A stretch of 64,000 nt of DNA, from assembly GCA_963749205.1 (NCBI GenBank), contig CAVVLW010000007.1, positions 390,794 to 454,793 on the forward strand, read 5' to 3'. The stretch comes from an uncultured Thermoplasmata archaeon (GTDB lineage Archaea; Thermoplasmatota; Thermoplasmata; Lutacidiplasmatales; UBA184). A program made the translations under genes and the position numbers. The stretch's first letter is position 1, and the number at the start of each line of letters is the position of its first letter. Below, piece by piece: positions 8,046 through 19,248 of the stretch. The notes under the pieces were generated by a model, which saw nothing but the letters and a program-made list of their open reading frames with translations, was not told the DNA's origin and searched no databases.

Positions 8046-9017
8046 TCAGGAGGACAGCCGGAGGATCCGGTCGACCTCCTCGTCCGAGAGCGGGGGGGAG
8101 GATTCGGTTCCGATGATCTCGTCCAGGCGCTCGGGCGATGGGAGCGGTACGAGCGCCGAGCACACCCAGTGCCAGCGGAGCACGAACCGTAGGGACGCCT
8201 GGGCGAGGGTACGATTCCGCCGCTCCGTCAGGAATCCGAGGCCCAACACGGGTGCGAATTCTCGGTGAAGTTCCCGCACATTCACGGGGCGACGGTCGGG
8301 GCGACGGTCCACGACCGATTCCGCGAATCGAGTTCCATCGAGCCGTCCGCCCCCCAACGGGTCCTGGGCGAAAAACCCCAACGGGCCGTGGGACCCGCGT
8401 TCCGCTAGCGGGGGCAGCAGGCGCGAGTCGAGAGGGGAGAGGGTAGCGGAGAGGAGGGCAGGGGCGGGCTCCCCCGGGGCCGCACTCTCCGACACGGTTC
8501 CCCCCGGAGGGATGGAGAGGCCCCAGCCGGCAAACATGCCGTCCGTCTTGAGGCGCTCCAATGCCGATACCTCCTCCCCGAGCGGAGCACCCGCTTCGGC
8601 GGAGGGTTGCCAGAGCAGGAGGCCGACCGAATGGGGTCGGAGCCGTTCCGCGCTCTGTTCGAGGGAATGGCGGAGGAGGGTCTCGAGGTCGCCTCCCTGT
8701 GGGGACGACCGGTCCCGGGCCCCCTTCTGGGCCAGGAGAGCCGGTGACCGATGGACGAGGACCAAGAGGTCGGGGTCGACGGAGGGGAAGGCCGAGCGAA
8801 TCCATCGCTCCGCTCGTTGTGATCCGGCACCTTCGCCGACGTCGAACGTAGTGATCCCTCGTGAGCGAGCGTTCGCAAGGAGGGCGACGTTGCGCTGATC
8901 CGAGGGCGACGTCGCCGAGACCGGGGCCTCGACCCTCAAGCCGATCACCGACGAGCGCAACCGGGTCCCGGCCACAGAACGATAGGAGACGCGATCGACA
9001 CCCGGCACGGTCCCCAT
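8046..9017 (-). CDS. Aldo/keto reductase-like oxidoreductase
   Basis: 323-aa ORF. GITTFDVGEGAGSQRAERWI.., ..ALERLKTDGMFAGWGLS.., C-terminal ..LRFVLRWHWVCSALVPLPSPERLDEI. TTTAT box about 32 nt upstream. Confidence 0.6.
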   Translation of the reverse strand: MGTVPGVDRVSYRSVAGTRLRSSVIGLRVEAPVSATSPSDQRNVALLANARSRGITTFDVGEGAGSQRAERWIRSAFPSVDPDLLVLVHRSPALLAQKGARDRSSPQGGDLETLLRHSLEQSAERLRPHSVGLLLWQPSAEAGAPLGEEVSALERLKTDGMFAGWGLSIPPGGTVSESAAPGEPAPALLSATLSPLDSRLLPPLAERGSHGPLGFFAQDPLGGGRLDGTRFAESVVDRRPDRRPVNVRELHREFAPVLGLGFLTERRNRTLAQASLRFVLRWHWVCSALVPLPSPERLDEIIGTESSPPLSDEEVDRILRLSS

Positions 9018-9126
9018 CTCCTCGAGGGGCGGGCGACGTGCCCGGGATAAACAGCTTTTGGGGCGACCGCTTGGGAGCGGCGGGATGGGCCGGACCGCTT
9101 AAACCCGGGGCGCGCTTCCCGGCGCG

Positions 9127-10839
9127 ATGCCCACGAATCCGCGCCTTCCCCTCGCCGAACGGCTCCGACCCACTCGACTCGACGAGGTCATCGGGAACCC
9201 CCAGGCCCGTACGCAACTCAGAGCTTGGGCCGAGCGATGGAGGTCCCAGGGTTCGCCTGCCCAACGGGCTGCGGTCCTGTCCGGCCCTCCGGGCGTCGGC
9301 AAGACGAGCGCGGCCCTCGCACTCGCCGCCGACTTCGGCTGGTCGGTGGTCGAGATGAACGCATCGGACGCGCGGAACGAAAAGGCGATCGAGCAGGTGG
9401 CGGGGCGTGCGTCGATCACCCATACCCTGCTCGAGGGACCGAAGAGCGGGGGGCCTACCCGGGCGCTCATCCTGCTCGACGAGGCCGACTCCTTGAGCGG
9501 CCGGTCGACCGAGGGCGCACGCGCCGCCCCAGCCCCGGTCACGCTGAACGAGTTCCTCCGAGGTCGCTACGGTGCGATCGATGCGCTCAACGTGGCGTGG
9601 GGACTGAGCCCGGGTGCGAAGCCCTCCCCGTTCGAGTCGTGGGAGAACGTGCCGCGCTCGCCCGGGAATCATGCATGGGCACGGCTCGCCACCGCTCGGA
9701 AGGATATCGATGATTGGAGAGGGTCGGGCCGCCCCCGGGACACCTCGGACCGGGGGGGACTTGCCGCGATCGCGCGTTTGGTGCGAGCGACGCGGCAACC
9801 GCTCATCCTGACGGTGAACGACGACCGGATCCTCACGCGATACTCGCCGGTATTCCGGACCGCGGTCGCTCGAGTGCGGTTTTACGCGATCCGGGACCGG
9901 GAGCTCTCCGCTCGACTCGCGGCCGTCGTTCAGCAAGAGAAACTGGACGTGCTCCCCGCGGCGATCGACGCGATCGTTCGCCGCGCCCACGGCGACATGC
10001 GGGCGGCGCTCAACGACCTGGACGCTACCTCCCCGCTGCCGCGGGGGCCGCTCCAGCTCTCGATCCTCGGCACCCGGGACCTCGCGGCGGACTTTGCGGC
10101 GATCACCGAGGAGGTGCTTTCGACGGCCCGGTACTATCGCTCGGTCGAGATCCGGGACCGGCTCGACGCCCCGCCCGACGACCTGTTCCCATGGATCGAG
10201 GAGAACCTCCCGCACTTCGCCCCCGACTCGGTTCACCGGGCGGCGGCGTTCGACCGTCTCGCCTCTGCTGAGCGGGCGCTCGCTCGAGCTCGCCGGTTCC
10301 GGGTTTGGGGGCTGTGGAGTTACGCTTCTGAGCTCATGACCGGGGGCGTCGGCCTGGCGATCCGAGGCGGGCCGGTGCCGGTCGCGGGCCGTGCCCAATT
10401 TCCCCGGTTCCTCGGGGAGATGGGCCGATCCCGTTCGGTGCGCGCAGTTCGGGAAGCGGTCGTCCGTAAAGCCGGCGCCCAGTTCCACCTGTCTCGGGAC
10501 AAGTCGCGAGAAACGGTGCTCCCGTTCCTCGAGAGCCTGTTCACCGCCCCAAGGGATCGTCGGAACGCCGAGGCACTCCGTGCGGTCGCGCGGAGCGTCG
10601 TTCGCGAGCTCAAGCTCACTCCCGAGGAGGTCGGCTATTTGGCCGACCGGGAACCGGATTCTGACCCCGTGATCGACCTGATGGAGATAGGATCCGGGGA
10701 CCCGGCGGCCCGCGACGCGGGGAGTGAGTCCGCGGAGTCCGTTCCGGCGCCTGCTCGGGACCCCACGGAGACGCGGGGAGTGTCGGAACGGGACCGGAAA
10801 CGCGTCCAACGTCAGCTCTCCGACTTCGGCGGGAGATGA
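9127..10839 (+). CDS. rfcL: Replication factor C large subunit
   Basis: LAERLRPTRLDEVIGNPQARTQLRAW..AAVLSGPPGVGKTSAALALAADFGWSVVEMNASDARN..ILLDEAD. CTTAAAC box 26 nt upstream of the ATG. Confidence 0.85.
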   Translation: MPTNPRLPLAERLRPTRLDEVIGNPQARTQLRAWAERWRSQGSPAQRAAVLSGPPGVGKTSAALALAADFGWSVVEMNASDARNEKAIEQVAGRASITHTLLEGPKSGGPTRALILLDEADSLSGRSTEGARAAPAPVTLNEFLRGRYGAIDALNVAWGLSPGAKPSPFESWENVPRSPGNHAWARLATARKDIDDWRGSGRPRDTSDRGGLAAIARLVRATRQPLILTVNDDRILTRYSPVFRTAVARVRFYAIRDRELSARLAAVVQQEKLDVLPAAIDAIVRRAHGDMRAALNDLDATSPLPRGPLQLSILGTRDLAADFAAITEEVLSTARYYRSVEIRDRLDAPPDDLFPWIEENLPHFAPDSVHRAAAFDRLASAERALARARRFRVWGLWSYASELMTGGVGLAIRGGPVPVAGRAQFPRFLGEMGRSRSVRAVREAVVRKAGAQFHLSRDKSRETVLPFLESLFTAPRDRRNAEALRAVARSVVRELKLTPEEVGYLADREPDSDPVIDLMEIGSGDPAARDAGSESAESVPAPARDPTETRGVSERDRKRVQRQLSDFGGR

Positions 10840-11552
10840 GCGACCCCCCTCCGGATTCCCGGCGGCCGCGCGCTGTCGTCTCGTGGAGCAGCGGAAAGGA
10901 TTCGGCATATGCGTTGCACGAAGTGCGCCGGGCGGGCGAGCTAGACGTGGTCGGACTCCTCACCACGGTGACCGAGAACTACGGACGCGTCTCCATGCAC
11001 GGAGTGCGGGAGTCCGTGCTGGACGCGCAGGCCCGTGCGGTGGGACTCCCGCTCTTCAAGGTGACGATCCCGTCTCCGTGCCCGAACGACGTGTACGAGC
11101 GCGCGATGGGATCGATGCTCGGCCGCCTCGAGGCCGACGGCGTCCGCCGGATCGTCTTCGGCGACCTGTTCCTCGAGGACATACGCACCTATCGCGAGGA
11201 GAAGCTACGAGGCACCGGAATCGATCCGGTGTTCCCGTTGTGGGGACGCCCCACCGGTCCCTCGCGGAGGAGATGATCGAATCGGGTCTCCGGGCGCGCG
11301 TCGTCGCCCTCGACCCTCGCAAGCTGCAGGCAGCGCTCGCCGGTCGATCGTTCGACCGGGAACTACTCGCGGAGCTCCCGAAAGACGTCGACCCGTGCGG
11401 CGAGCGCGGGGAGTTCCATACGTGCGTGACCGACGGACCGATGTTCGACCGGCCCGGTCCCGGTCGTGCCCGGGGAAGTCGTTCAGCGCGACGGGTTCGT
11501 CTTCGCGGACCTGGAGCTCGAGGGACTCATTCGAGCGTCGCGCGGACGCTGA
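10836..11552 (+). CDS. Dph6/MJ0570-like ATP pyrophosphatase (ATP_bind_4 family), two frame breaks (near 11255 and 11455)
   Basis: VVSWSSGKDSAYAL (PP-loop), ..RIVFGDLFLEDIRTYRE..GIDPVFPLWGR. It continues in other frames as SLAEEMIESGLRARVVALDP..GERGEFHTCVTDGPMFDRP / VPVVPGEVVQRDGFVFADLEL. Confidence 0.7.
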
Positions 11553-11964
11553 CCGCGACGTTCCCCTTCATCACGCCCGAGATTGGACAGCCCTGGCTGG
11601 CGGCGATCGCCGCGGTCTCGAACTCGGCGGCGGAGATCCCGGGGACCTTACCCGCGACGACGAGCTCCATCGTGGTCACTTTCCAGCCCTCACCGACCTT
11701 GTCGAAGGTCGCGGTCGCGCTTACCCGGAGCTGCTGCGGTGGCTTTCCCATCCGCCCGAGTCCCCCGGAAAGCGCCATCGAGTAGCACGCGGCGTGCGCC
11801 GCGGCAAGGAGTTCTTCGGGCGTCGTGAGCCCATGAGCGGTTCCGGTCCGCGCCGCCCACGATACGGAGGTCTCTGCGAGTCCGCCGCTCTTTCCCTTCA
11901 CACGTCCCTGCCCGTGCGGCAGGTCGCCTTCCCAAACTGCTTCCGCGGTACTTCTCACGGCCAT
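11527..11964 (-). CDS. osmC: OsmC family peroxiredoxin
   Basis: 145 aa. TTPEELLAAAHAACYSMALS...ASQGCPISGVMKGNV. Confidence 0.85.
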   Translation of the reverse strand: MAVRSTAEAVWEGDLPHGQGRVKGKSGGLAETSVSWAARTGTAHGLTTPEELLAAAHAACYSMALSGGLGRMGKPPQQLRVSATATFDKVGEGWKVTTMELVVAGKVPGISAAEFETAAIAASQGCPISGVMKGNVAVSVRATLE

Positions 11965-12056
11965 CGGCCCGAGAAGTCCGGCGGCCGATTTAACCTCGCC
12001 GGCGCGAAGGCCACGTCGAACCCACAGCTTTTGTTACCGGTGGGGGTCGGTCCTCC

Positions 12057-12492
12057 GTGGCCACGGCGCTCCGCGACCTTCCGAAGTACCTCGTGCTCGA
12101 CCCGGTGTCGACCGTCCGCATCGAGATGCGGCTCGAGGCTCCCGCCTGCGAGATCGATGTCGAGCTCGACAATCCCCGCGCCGGCCGTTCGTTCGTGCTC
12201 CTGATCGGACAGGTCGGAGGGCCTGTACGTTCAACGGGTTCGTCTTGCCGGGCGCGCGAGAATCTACTTCGACCCTCAGGCTCCGGGGTCCTACGAGCTG
12301 CTGCTCGCCAACCCCCAGCGCGAACCGCTGATCCTGCGACTCCGGGGGCGGGATGTGGAGATGCCCACGCGTCGTGCGGCGTCGAAACGGCCCCGACCGA
12401 CGGTCCGACGCCGTCCCGCGGTCTCGGAGATGCCGGTCGCCCGGCGTCACCGACCGGTGCGTCGCCGGGCCCGTCCGGAACATCACAGCTGA
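12057..12492 (+). CDS. Hypothetical protein (probable frame break near 12225)
   Basis: The N-terminal frame gives MATALRDLPKYLVLDPVSTVRIEMRLEAPACEIDVELDNPRAGRSFVLLIGQ. The second frame gives ..RIYFDPQAPGSYELLLANPQREPLILRLRGRDVEMP.. followed by a basic tail. No family recognised. Confidence 0.3.
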
Positions 12493-12703
12493 GGGCGTGG
12501 TGGGCCCGGCTCCGGGGGGACCGCGCGGACCTCTCCACCGACCCCATTCCCCGAGGTCGCCTTCGGCGCTGCCCGGCGAGGGGCGTCGGACGGTCCCTCG
12601 CCTTGCCTGGGCGAATGCACCGTGCCCAGGCGACCAGAGGTACCCTCCGAAGGCTTGAAACCCCGGGAGGCTCCCGGCTGTCACCGAACGCGGGGCGCGC
12701 CAG

Positions 12704-13339
12704 TTGATCGAGCTCTACGCAGACCTCGCAATCGTTGTCACAATCTTCGCGATCGTCGACCCGATCGGTACCCTGCCCTTCTTCGTCTCGCTGACGGCTG
12801 GGTTCTCCCCGGCGGACCGCAACGTGATTCTCCACCGCTCCGTGCTGGTCCTGGGCGGAGTGCTCGCCTTGTTCGCCCTGTTCGGGAGGTTCCTGTTCCA
12901 GGCGTTCGGGTTCACCCTCGCCGCGTTTGAGATCGCGGGCGGAATCCTGCTCTTCATGGTCGCCTACGATATGCTTCGGGGGGAGGTCACGAAGGTCAAG
13001 CTCTCCGCCCAGGACCGGGACGACGCGATCGCCCGCCGCGACGAGCTCTCGGTCGTGCCGCTCGGGATCCCGCTCCTCGCCGGCCCCGGGGCGATCTCGA
13101 CGGTGATGATCTACGAGGGAAATGCGTCGAACAGCCCCGCCTCGATCGCGGTGACGTTCGTCGCGATCGCCGTAACCACCCTGGCGACGTTCATCGTCCT
13201 GAAGTACGGCCAGCCGATCTTACGCGTGCTCGGACGCGTCGGCGTCATGGCCATGACGCGCGTGCTGGGCCTCCTGCTCGCGGCCGTCGGCGTGCAGTTC
13301 GTGATCAGCGGGATCCTCGCTTCGTTCCCGACGCTTTAG
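12704..13339 (+). CDS. MarC/UPF0056 family membrane protein
   Basis: FAIVDPIGTLPFFVSLT..EIAGGILLFMVAYDMLRGE..VPLGIPLLAGPGAIST. Confidence 0.85.
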   Translation: MIELYADLAIVVTIFAIVDPIGTLPFFVSLTAGFSPADRNVILHRSVLVLGGVLALFALFGRFLFQAFGFTLAAFEIAGGILLFMVAYDMLRGEVTKVKLSAQDRDDAIARRDELSVVPLGIPLLAGPGAISTVMIYEGNASNSPASIAVTFVAIAVTTLATFIVLKYGQPILRVLGRVGVMAMTRVLGLLLAAVGVQFVISGILASFPTL

Positions 13340-13985
13340 CTCGGGACTTGGACGGGGGCCGCGGGGCCTTCTTCGCCGCCGGCGGCGAGCGACCCGTCGC
13401 CTTCCGGACCTGCTCGATCATGATGCTCGACGGGGTCCGGGGGTTCCGGTCGGCGGCCCACGCCTTCTCTCCCGCGCGGATCGGAACGGGGAGGTCGTTC
13501 TCGGCGGGGGGAAGCCGCATTCGTAGTCGTCGGTGTACGCGCAGTACGGGTTGAACGCGCGATTGAAGTCGACGTCGTACTCGTCCGACTCGTTCAGTTC
13601 GAGGGTCACGTAGCGCCCGGGTCCGTAGGAGTCCTCTCCGCTGGTCCGGTCGCGGAACGGCACGAAGACCGACGTCCCGACGCCCTCCCCCGCGTGGTAG
13701 ACTCCGAGGGTGAGCTTCTTACCGCCGAGGGAGAAACTGAGGTTCCCGAGGTAGCGCATCACCGCCTGTCCGTCGCGATTCGTGCGCAGGTACGCCTCCT
13801 CCGGGAACGGCGATCCGTCGGAGCGTGGCCCGGACGCGGTACTCCGGGTCCGGAGGAAAGTAGCGAAGGTCGTGGAACGGGACGCGACCCGCGACGAACG
13901 GCGATTCGGGGTGGCGGGCCATGAACTCGTCCTTCATGTGACGCTCCTCCTCGAGGTCGCGGTGCCACGGGTCGTTCTTCGGCAT
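13305..13985 (-). CDS. DUF1684 domain protein, two frame breaks (near 13810 and 13512)
   Basis: YFPPDPEYRVRATL.. / ..GNLSFSLGGKKLTLGVY..VFVPFRDRTSGEDSYGPGRYVTLE..DFNRAFNPYCAYTDDYECGFPP / PAENDLPVPIRAGEKAW. These are the canonical DUF1684 motifs, spread over three frames. Confidence 0.7.
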
Positions 13986-14009
13986 CGCCCTGCCGAGTAC
14001 GCAGGCTCC

Positions 14010-14587
14010 TTAACGGTTCGCTTGGGGCGGACCGAAGTCCTTGGCCATCAGGTCCTCGTCGAAGTAGTCGTCGCCGCGATGGACCGCCCGCGGCATCGTG
14101 CCGATGTACACGAACCCGAACTCCTCGTAGAGACGCCGAGCACGCCGGTTCACGGAGAACACCGAAAGTCGGACGAGTTCAAACTTTCCCCGGCATTGTC
14201 CGAGCGCGCTCTCGAGGATCGCACGGCCAATCCCGGTCCTCGGTGATCGCGATGGACCAGGATCCCGAGCTCTCCGACGTGCGAGGTCTCCGAGTCGTCC
14301 GAAGGACCGACCCGCCGGATCGTGCAGTGGCCCACGACGAGGCCGTCTCGTTCGGCGACCGCGACGATCGTGTCGCCGGCGAGGACGTGCCGGTAGAGGT
14401 TCGTGAACCACGCCACCTCGTCCTCGTAGGACGGTCGTTTCCGGAAGAGAGTGATGCCGATGTCCCGCTGGACGGTCCGCTCCTCGAACAGGAGGTAAAA
14501 CGTCTCACGGATGGCGTCGAAGTCCGACCACCGTAGCTCCCGGACGACGAACGGCCGGGGAGGCGTCGCGGGGGGGCCCAACGTCAC
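14010..14587 (-). CDS. GNAT family N-acetyltransferase (frame break near 14245)
   Basis: ..IVAVAERDGLVVGHCTI..GELGILVHRDHRG / TGIGRAILESAL..LVRLSVFSVNRRARRLYEEFGFVYIG. Confidence 0.7.
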
Positions 14588-14973
14588 GCGTAGCCGAACT
14601 GCCGCTTCGCGAACTCGGTCATCCGCTCGGGGGTCCACGGCGGGTCCCAGATCATGTCGACCTTCGCGGACTTGACGTCCGGGACCTTCTCGATCGCGGT
14701 CTTGATCTCTTCAGCGAGGATCCCGGCGACCGGGCACCCGGGCGCGGTCAGGGTCATTTTGAGCGTGAGGTCGTCGCCCGCCCACTCGAAGCCGTAGATG
14801 AGCCCAAGGTCCACGATGTTCATCGGGATCTCGGGGTCGTAGATCTGTTTCAGGTTCTCGGTAATCAGTCGCTCCCGGTCGGCGTAGGGTCCCGTGGTTG
14901 ACGGGGCGAACGCCGCGACGGGCGGGGCGGGGGCGGCTACCGGGCTCGCGGGGGGTGGGGTCGCTTCGGCCAT
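14584..14973 (-). CDS. DUF59/SufT (MIP18) family Fe-S cluster assembly protein
   Basis: LKQIYDPEIPMNIVDLGLIY..LKMTLTAPGCPVAGILAEEIK..VDMIWDPPWTPERM. Confidence 0.8.
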   Translation of the reverse strand: MAEATPPPASPVAAPAPPVAAFAPSTTGPYADRERLITENLKQIYDPEIPMNIVDLGLIYGFEWAGDDLTLKMTLTAPGCPVAGILAEEIKTAIEKVPDVKSAKVDMIWDPPWTPERMTEFAKRQFGYA

Positions 14974-15066
14974 CGTCCCAACGACCGGTCGGGGGCGTAT
15001 AAGGTCGCGCGACCTCTCCGGTTACCCTCACGTTAGGTCTCGGCTAAGGGTTTAAGGCCACCCCGG

Positions 15067-15988
15067 GTGGCGCGAGCGATGAAGGACGTTCACGCGATGC
15101 CGCCCGCTCGGGGCCGACTCACTCTGCGGTCGGTAGGGGTGTCGGGGATCCGCAAACCGCTCTCCGTCCAGCGCGGGGACCGCGTCCACACGCTCGCCGC
15201 CACGTTCGAGGTGGCGGTCGACCTCCCTGCCAGCCGGAAGGGATCGGACCTGTCCCGGAACGCCGAGGTCCTCGCCGAGATCGTCGACCATACGGTCGAG
15301 CGACCGGTCCTGAGCCTCGAGTCCGCGTGCTCGACGATCGCGCGCGAACTCCTCGTGCGCCACGCGTACGCGACCGAAGCCACGGTCGAGGCGTCCGCCG
15401 AGTACTTCCTCCGCAAGGGAATCTCGGAAGAGAAGCGGAGCTTCGAGGATTACCTTCTGCTCGCCGAGGCCCGGGCGACGCGCACCGACGGAAAAAAGGT
15501 AGAACTCCATCGCGCGGTCGGGGCCGAAGCGGTCGGCATGACCGCCTGTCCCTGTGCGATGGAGACGTGCCGGGAGAAATTGACCCAGGAATACCCGTTG
15601 CTCGCCGACCCTTCGCTCGCGACCCTCCCGATGATCTCCCACAACCAGCGCAACCGGACCCGACTGGTCTTCGAGATGGGGGTGGACACCGAGGTGGAAG
15701 TGGACGACCTGATCCAGGCGATCGAGTCGGCCCAGTCGAGCCCCACCTACGCGATCCTGAAGCGGGGAGACGAGGGGCAGGTCGTCCTGGACGCGCACCG
15801 CCATCCGAAGTTCGTCGAGGACGTCCTCCGCGACCTGCTTGCCGGACTGCCGGCCGCCTTCCCGGACCTTCCCGATTCGGTGATCGTCCGGGCCGGCACA
15901 ATCAGTGAGGAATCGATCCACAAGTACAACGTGGAAGCCTCCCACCGGGTCTCCTTCGGTGAACTGCGCCGGTCCGCCTGGCCACTGA
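15067..15988 (+). CDS. mptA: GTP cyclohydrolase MptA/FolE2 (type IB); true stop not resolved
   Basis: SRKGSDLSRN..AEAVGMTACPCAMETCRE..ISHNQRNRTRL..TISEESIHKYNVEA. The ORF reads straight on into the next gene; stops exist at 15960 and 15986 in the other two frames. Confidence 0.8.
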
Positions 15989-16005
15989 AGGGTCCGGGGG
16001 CTACC

Positions 16006-17302
16006 GTGTACTACGCGCTGGATGCGATCCGCCGTCGTCCGGGCCGCTCGGCGCTCACTTCCCTCGGGATCGGGCTCGCGGTCGGTCTGGTCGTGCTCCT
16101 TCTCGCGATCTCCGCAGGGGTACAGACGAGTTCGACCACGCTCGCGACCGCGAGCGGCGTCGACCTGATCGCGGCGAGCGCGAATACGACCATCACCACG
16201 GGGAGCGTTCCGCCGATCCCCGACGCCCATGTGCTCGCGACCGCGATCCCCGCCGCGGACTCGAACATCGCCGTGGCGAGCCCGTGGCTGATCAGCGAGC
16301 TCGTGTTCGGAAATGCGTCGCTCTATGCGGCAGCGAACTCGAGCCGACGTACCTCCCGACTGGAGTCCGACCGGGGCCGGGTCGGTGGGGTGGATCCCTT
16401 CCGACAACAACGGGATCGAGATTCCCGAGATCTACAACGGCACCGGGTTCACGCTCCCGGGAGACCCGCATTACGCGAACGGGAGCTACCAGGGCCTGTT
16501 CACGCACGAGATCGTCCTCGACCAGGGGCTTGCCGGCGTGCTCGGAGTGACCGTCGGTGACCTCGTCTGGGTGAATCCCGCCCAGGCACCAGGCGCCTCG
16601 GCGCTTCCCGGATGGTATGCGAACGCGACCGTGTTCCGCGTCGTGGGGATTTCTGGCCCGTTCTGGCTCATCCCTTCCGCGCTCCTCTCGTTCCTCTACC
16701 TTTCCGAGCTCCAGACGGTCGTGGGGGGAGCGAGCCGGTCCACCGACTACGCGTCGCTGCTCCTCATCCATCTCTACGACCCGACGACCGCCGCGGCGGA
16801 CCAGACCCGGGTCGAAACGGCATTCCCGTCCCTCACCGTGATCACGCTCGCCGAGGTCCTGGGGGCGATCCAGCAGGTCGTGAACATCTACCGAACCTTT
16901 GGGACCCTCATCGGGGCGATCGGGATCATCGTGGCCGCGCTGTTCGCGACCACGGTCCTGCAGATGTCGGTCGATGACCGAAGTCGCGAGATCGCCCTCC
17001 TTCGTGCGGTCGGATACACTCGGGCGGGAGTCGGCTCGATCGTCGCGCAGGAAGGGATCGTGCTCTCCCTCATCGGTCTTGCGATCGGATTCCCGATCGC
17101 GTACGCGGGAGCCTACGAGCTGAATCGATTCCTAACGCATCTGATCGTGGGGCTCCCCGTCGGTTTCTCCTTCGTCTCGTTCGATACGACGGTGCTGCTC
17201 TCGGGGATCGCTCTCGTGCTCGCGATCGGCTTGATCGCCGCTATTCTTCCCGCCGCCCGCGCGATGTCCCTGCCCGTCGCCGAGGAGCTGCGCGCCCCAT
17301 GA
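16006..17302 (+). CDS. FtsX/MacB-type ABC transporter permease (frame break near 16350)
   Basis: GTG 16006. YALDAIRRRPGRSALTSLGIGLAVGLVVLLLAIS is a typical FtsX N-terminus. C-terminal LLRAVGYTRAGVGSIVAQEGIVLSLIGLAIGF. Confidence 0.7.
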
Positions 17303-18545
17303 TGCGATTCGGCTTCGGCTCGGCGCTCCGCCACCTTCGGTTGCAGCAGCTCCTCGCGATCGCCGCGGTCGGAACCGCGGTCGCCCTGCCGGTGGTCCTC
17401 GTGAGCGTCGGAGGGGGCGTTTCGGCGCACGAGCTCGCCGACTTGGAGAACGCCGGATACCAGATCGTCGTCAGCGCCGAGGGGGTGCATGGCATCACGA
17501 ACGCCCACAATCTCACGGACCGGATCCTGGCCCTCGGGTCGGTGGCGGCGGCGTCGCCTGTATTGAGCGTCCCGCTCGACGCCTTCCCGGGGAGCGGGGG
17601 ACCGACCCCCGTTCTCGCGGAGGGGGTGATCTCCGACCAGTTCGTCCCCACCCTGGGTCCGTCGGAGGGCGGTCTCTTCCCGACGCCGCTGCCGCTCGGA
17701 GACCCGAGCGATCGGGTCCACTACGACAACGGCACCTACGCCGGACCGCCCACCAACGACGTCCTCGTCTCCTCTCCACTCGCCCAGGCCCACGGGATCG
17801 TCGCAGGCTCGACCCTGTGGCTCGGTGCGACGACGAACCGGACCCAGGCCGTCGAGTACAACGTGACCGGGACCTTCGGCGTGCCGCCGACCGCGCTCGG
17901 ACCCACCGGGGCCTTCGCGATCGTCATCCCGCTTTCGGACCTGCAAGTGTTGAGCGGGTTCGCCGCAGGTTCCACGACCACCGCCCACGACGCGGCCGAC
18001 ACGATCGAGGTCGCCCTCACCGGATCCGCGTCGACGGACCCGACGATCCTCGACCATGTGCGTGCGGAGATCCAGGCGATGGTCCCGTACTACGGGGTGA
18101 GCTCGCTCGACCAGGAAGCGCAGGAGCTCCAATCGGCGAGCGCGGTCCTGACCGGATTCTACCTTGCGCTCTCTTCCGTCGCGCTCACGGTCGGCCTCCT
18201 GTTCCTCGCGCTCGTCCTCGTCCGACGGGTCGAGTCCGACCGGCGGTCGATCGGGATCCGTCGCGCGCTCGGTCTGCCCGGACGATGGATCGCGCGGGAG
18301 ATCGTGACCGACGGGCTCGTGCTCGCGCTCTTCGGCTCGCTGGTGGGCCTCGCGGGGGGTACTTGATCGTCGAGGGGCTCGCGACCTGGGGGTCGGCCGC
18401 CGTTCGGCTCGCCGCCCGGTTGGCGCTCTTCGACCCGGTCACCCTGGGTGCGATCGTGGCCGGCGTCCTCCTGATTTCGTTGCTCGCCAGCGCCATCGCG
18501 ACGCGAGCGGCCCTGCGGCTCCAGATCACGGAGGCGCTGCGGTGA
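17299..18545 (+). CDS. FtsX/MacB-type ABC transporter permease (frame break near 18360)
   Basis: ALRHLRLQQLLAIAAVGTAVALPVVLV.., ..IGIRRALGLPGRWIAREIVTDGLVLALFGSLVGLAGG, then LIVEGLA...ATRAALRLQITEALR* in another frame. Confidence 0.7.
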
Positions 18546-19246
18546 GCGGCGGTGCGTCCGCTGCGATCGAACTCGTCGGCGCGAGCCGGATGTACCGGGC
18601 CGGACAACCTGAGGAAGTGCCCGCGCTCCGGGAGGTCGACCTCACGATCGCGCCGGGTGAGTTCGTCTCCGTCGAGGGTCCGAGCGGCTGCGGCAAGACG
18701 ACGTTGCTCAATCTCATCGGGCTCCTGGATTCCCCGACCTCGGGCGAGGTCCGCTGGGACGGCCGGCCCGTGGGCAGCCGCTCCGACCGCGAGCGTTCCC
18801 GCCTTCGCCTCGAGGGTGTCGGATTCATCTTTCAGCGATTCTACCTGCTCCCTACCTTGACCGCCCGCGAGAACGTCGAGCTCCCGATGCGCGCCCTGCG
18901 CGTGCCCCGCGCTGAGCGGACCCGCCGCGCCTCCGAACTGCTCGGAGAGGTGGGCCTCCAGGGAAAGGAGAACTCGTTCCCCCACCAGCTGTCGGGGGGG
19001 GAGGAACAGCGGGTCGCGGTCGCGCGGGCTCTCGGGAACCGGCCGGGCCTTCTGCTCGCGGACGAGCCGACGGGCGAGCTCGATAGCGGCAACGCCGCAG
19101 CGATCCTTGCCCTGCTCGAACGGGTCCGGGCCGATCGGGACGCGACCCTCGTCCTCGTCACGCACAATCCCGAGGTCTCGAGCCACGCCGGCCGCCACCT
19201 CGCGATGCACGACGGGCGGATCGCGTCCGACGTGCGGGGGGCGTAG
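18542..19246 (+). CDS. ABC transporter ATP-binding protein (MacB/LolD type)
   Basis: GPSGCGKTTLLNLIGLLD, LSGGEEQRVAVARAL, LLLADEPTGELD. Confidence 0.9.
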   Translation: MSGGASAAIELVGASRMYRAGQPEEVPALREVDLTIAPGEFVSVEGPSGCGKTTLLNLIGLLDSPTSGEVRWDGRPVGSRSDRERSRLRLEGVGFIFQRFYLLPTLTARENVELPMRALRVPRAERTRRASELLGEVGLQGKENSFPHQLSGGEEQRVAVARALGNRPGLLLADEPTGELDSGNAAAILALLERVRADRDATLVLVTHNPEVSSHAGRHLAMHDGRIASDVRGA

Positions 19247-19248
19247 CC

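Noticed and set aside
8005-10908. 967-aa ORF on the minus strand. Similar long antisense ORFs occur at 3801-5210, 15052-16410, 19107-21110, 19723-20778, 27414-28760, 32587-33855, 40918-42471, 43718-45100 and 59074-60294.
   Set aside because: They give Arg/Pro/Gly-rich, low-complexity translations lying exactly antisense to genes with clear family motifs (RfcL, ZnuA, MptA, ABCE1, SufB, AKR, HppA, ThrS, Dys). Stop-poor shadow frames are expected at this G+C.
15067-16560. Apparent MptA-FtsX permease fusion (single 497-aa ORF)
   Set aside because: The MptA domain is complete near 15955. Stops occur at 15960 and 15986 in the other two frames. A GTG at 16006 begins a typical FtsX N-terminus. Given the indel-rich assembly, a lost stop is more likely than a real fusion.
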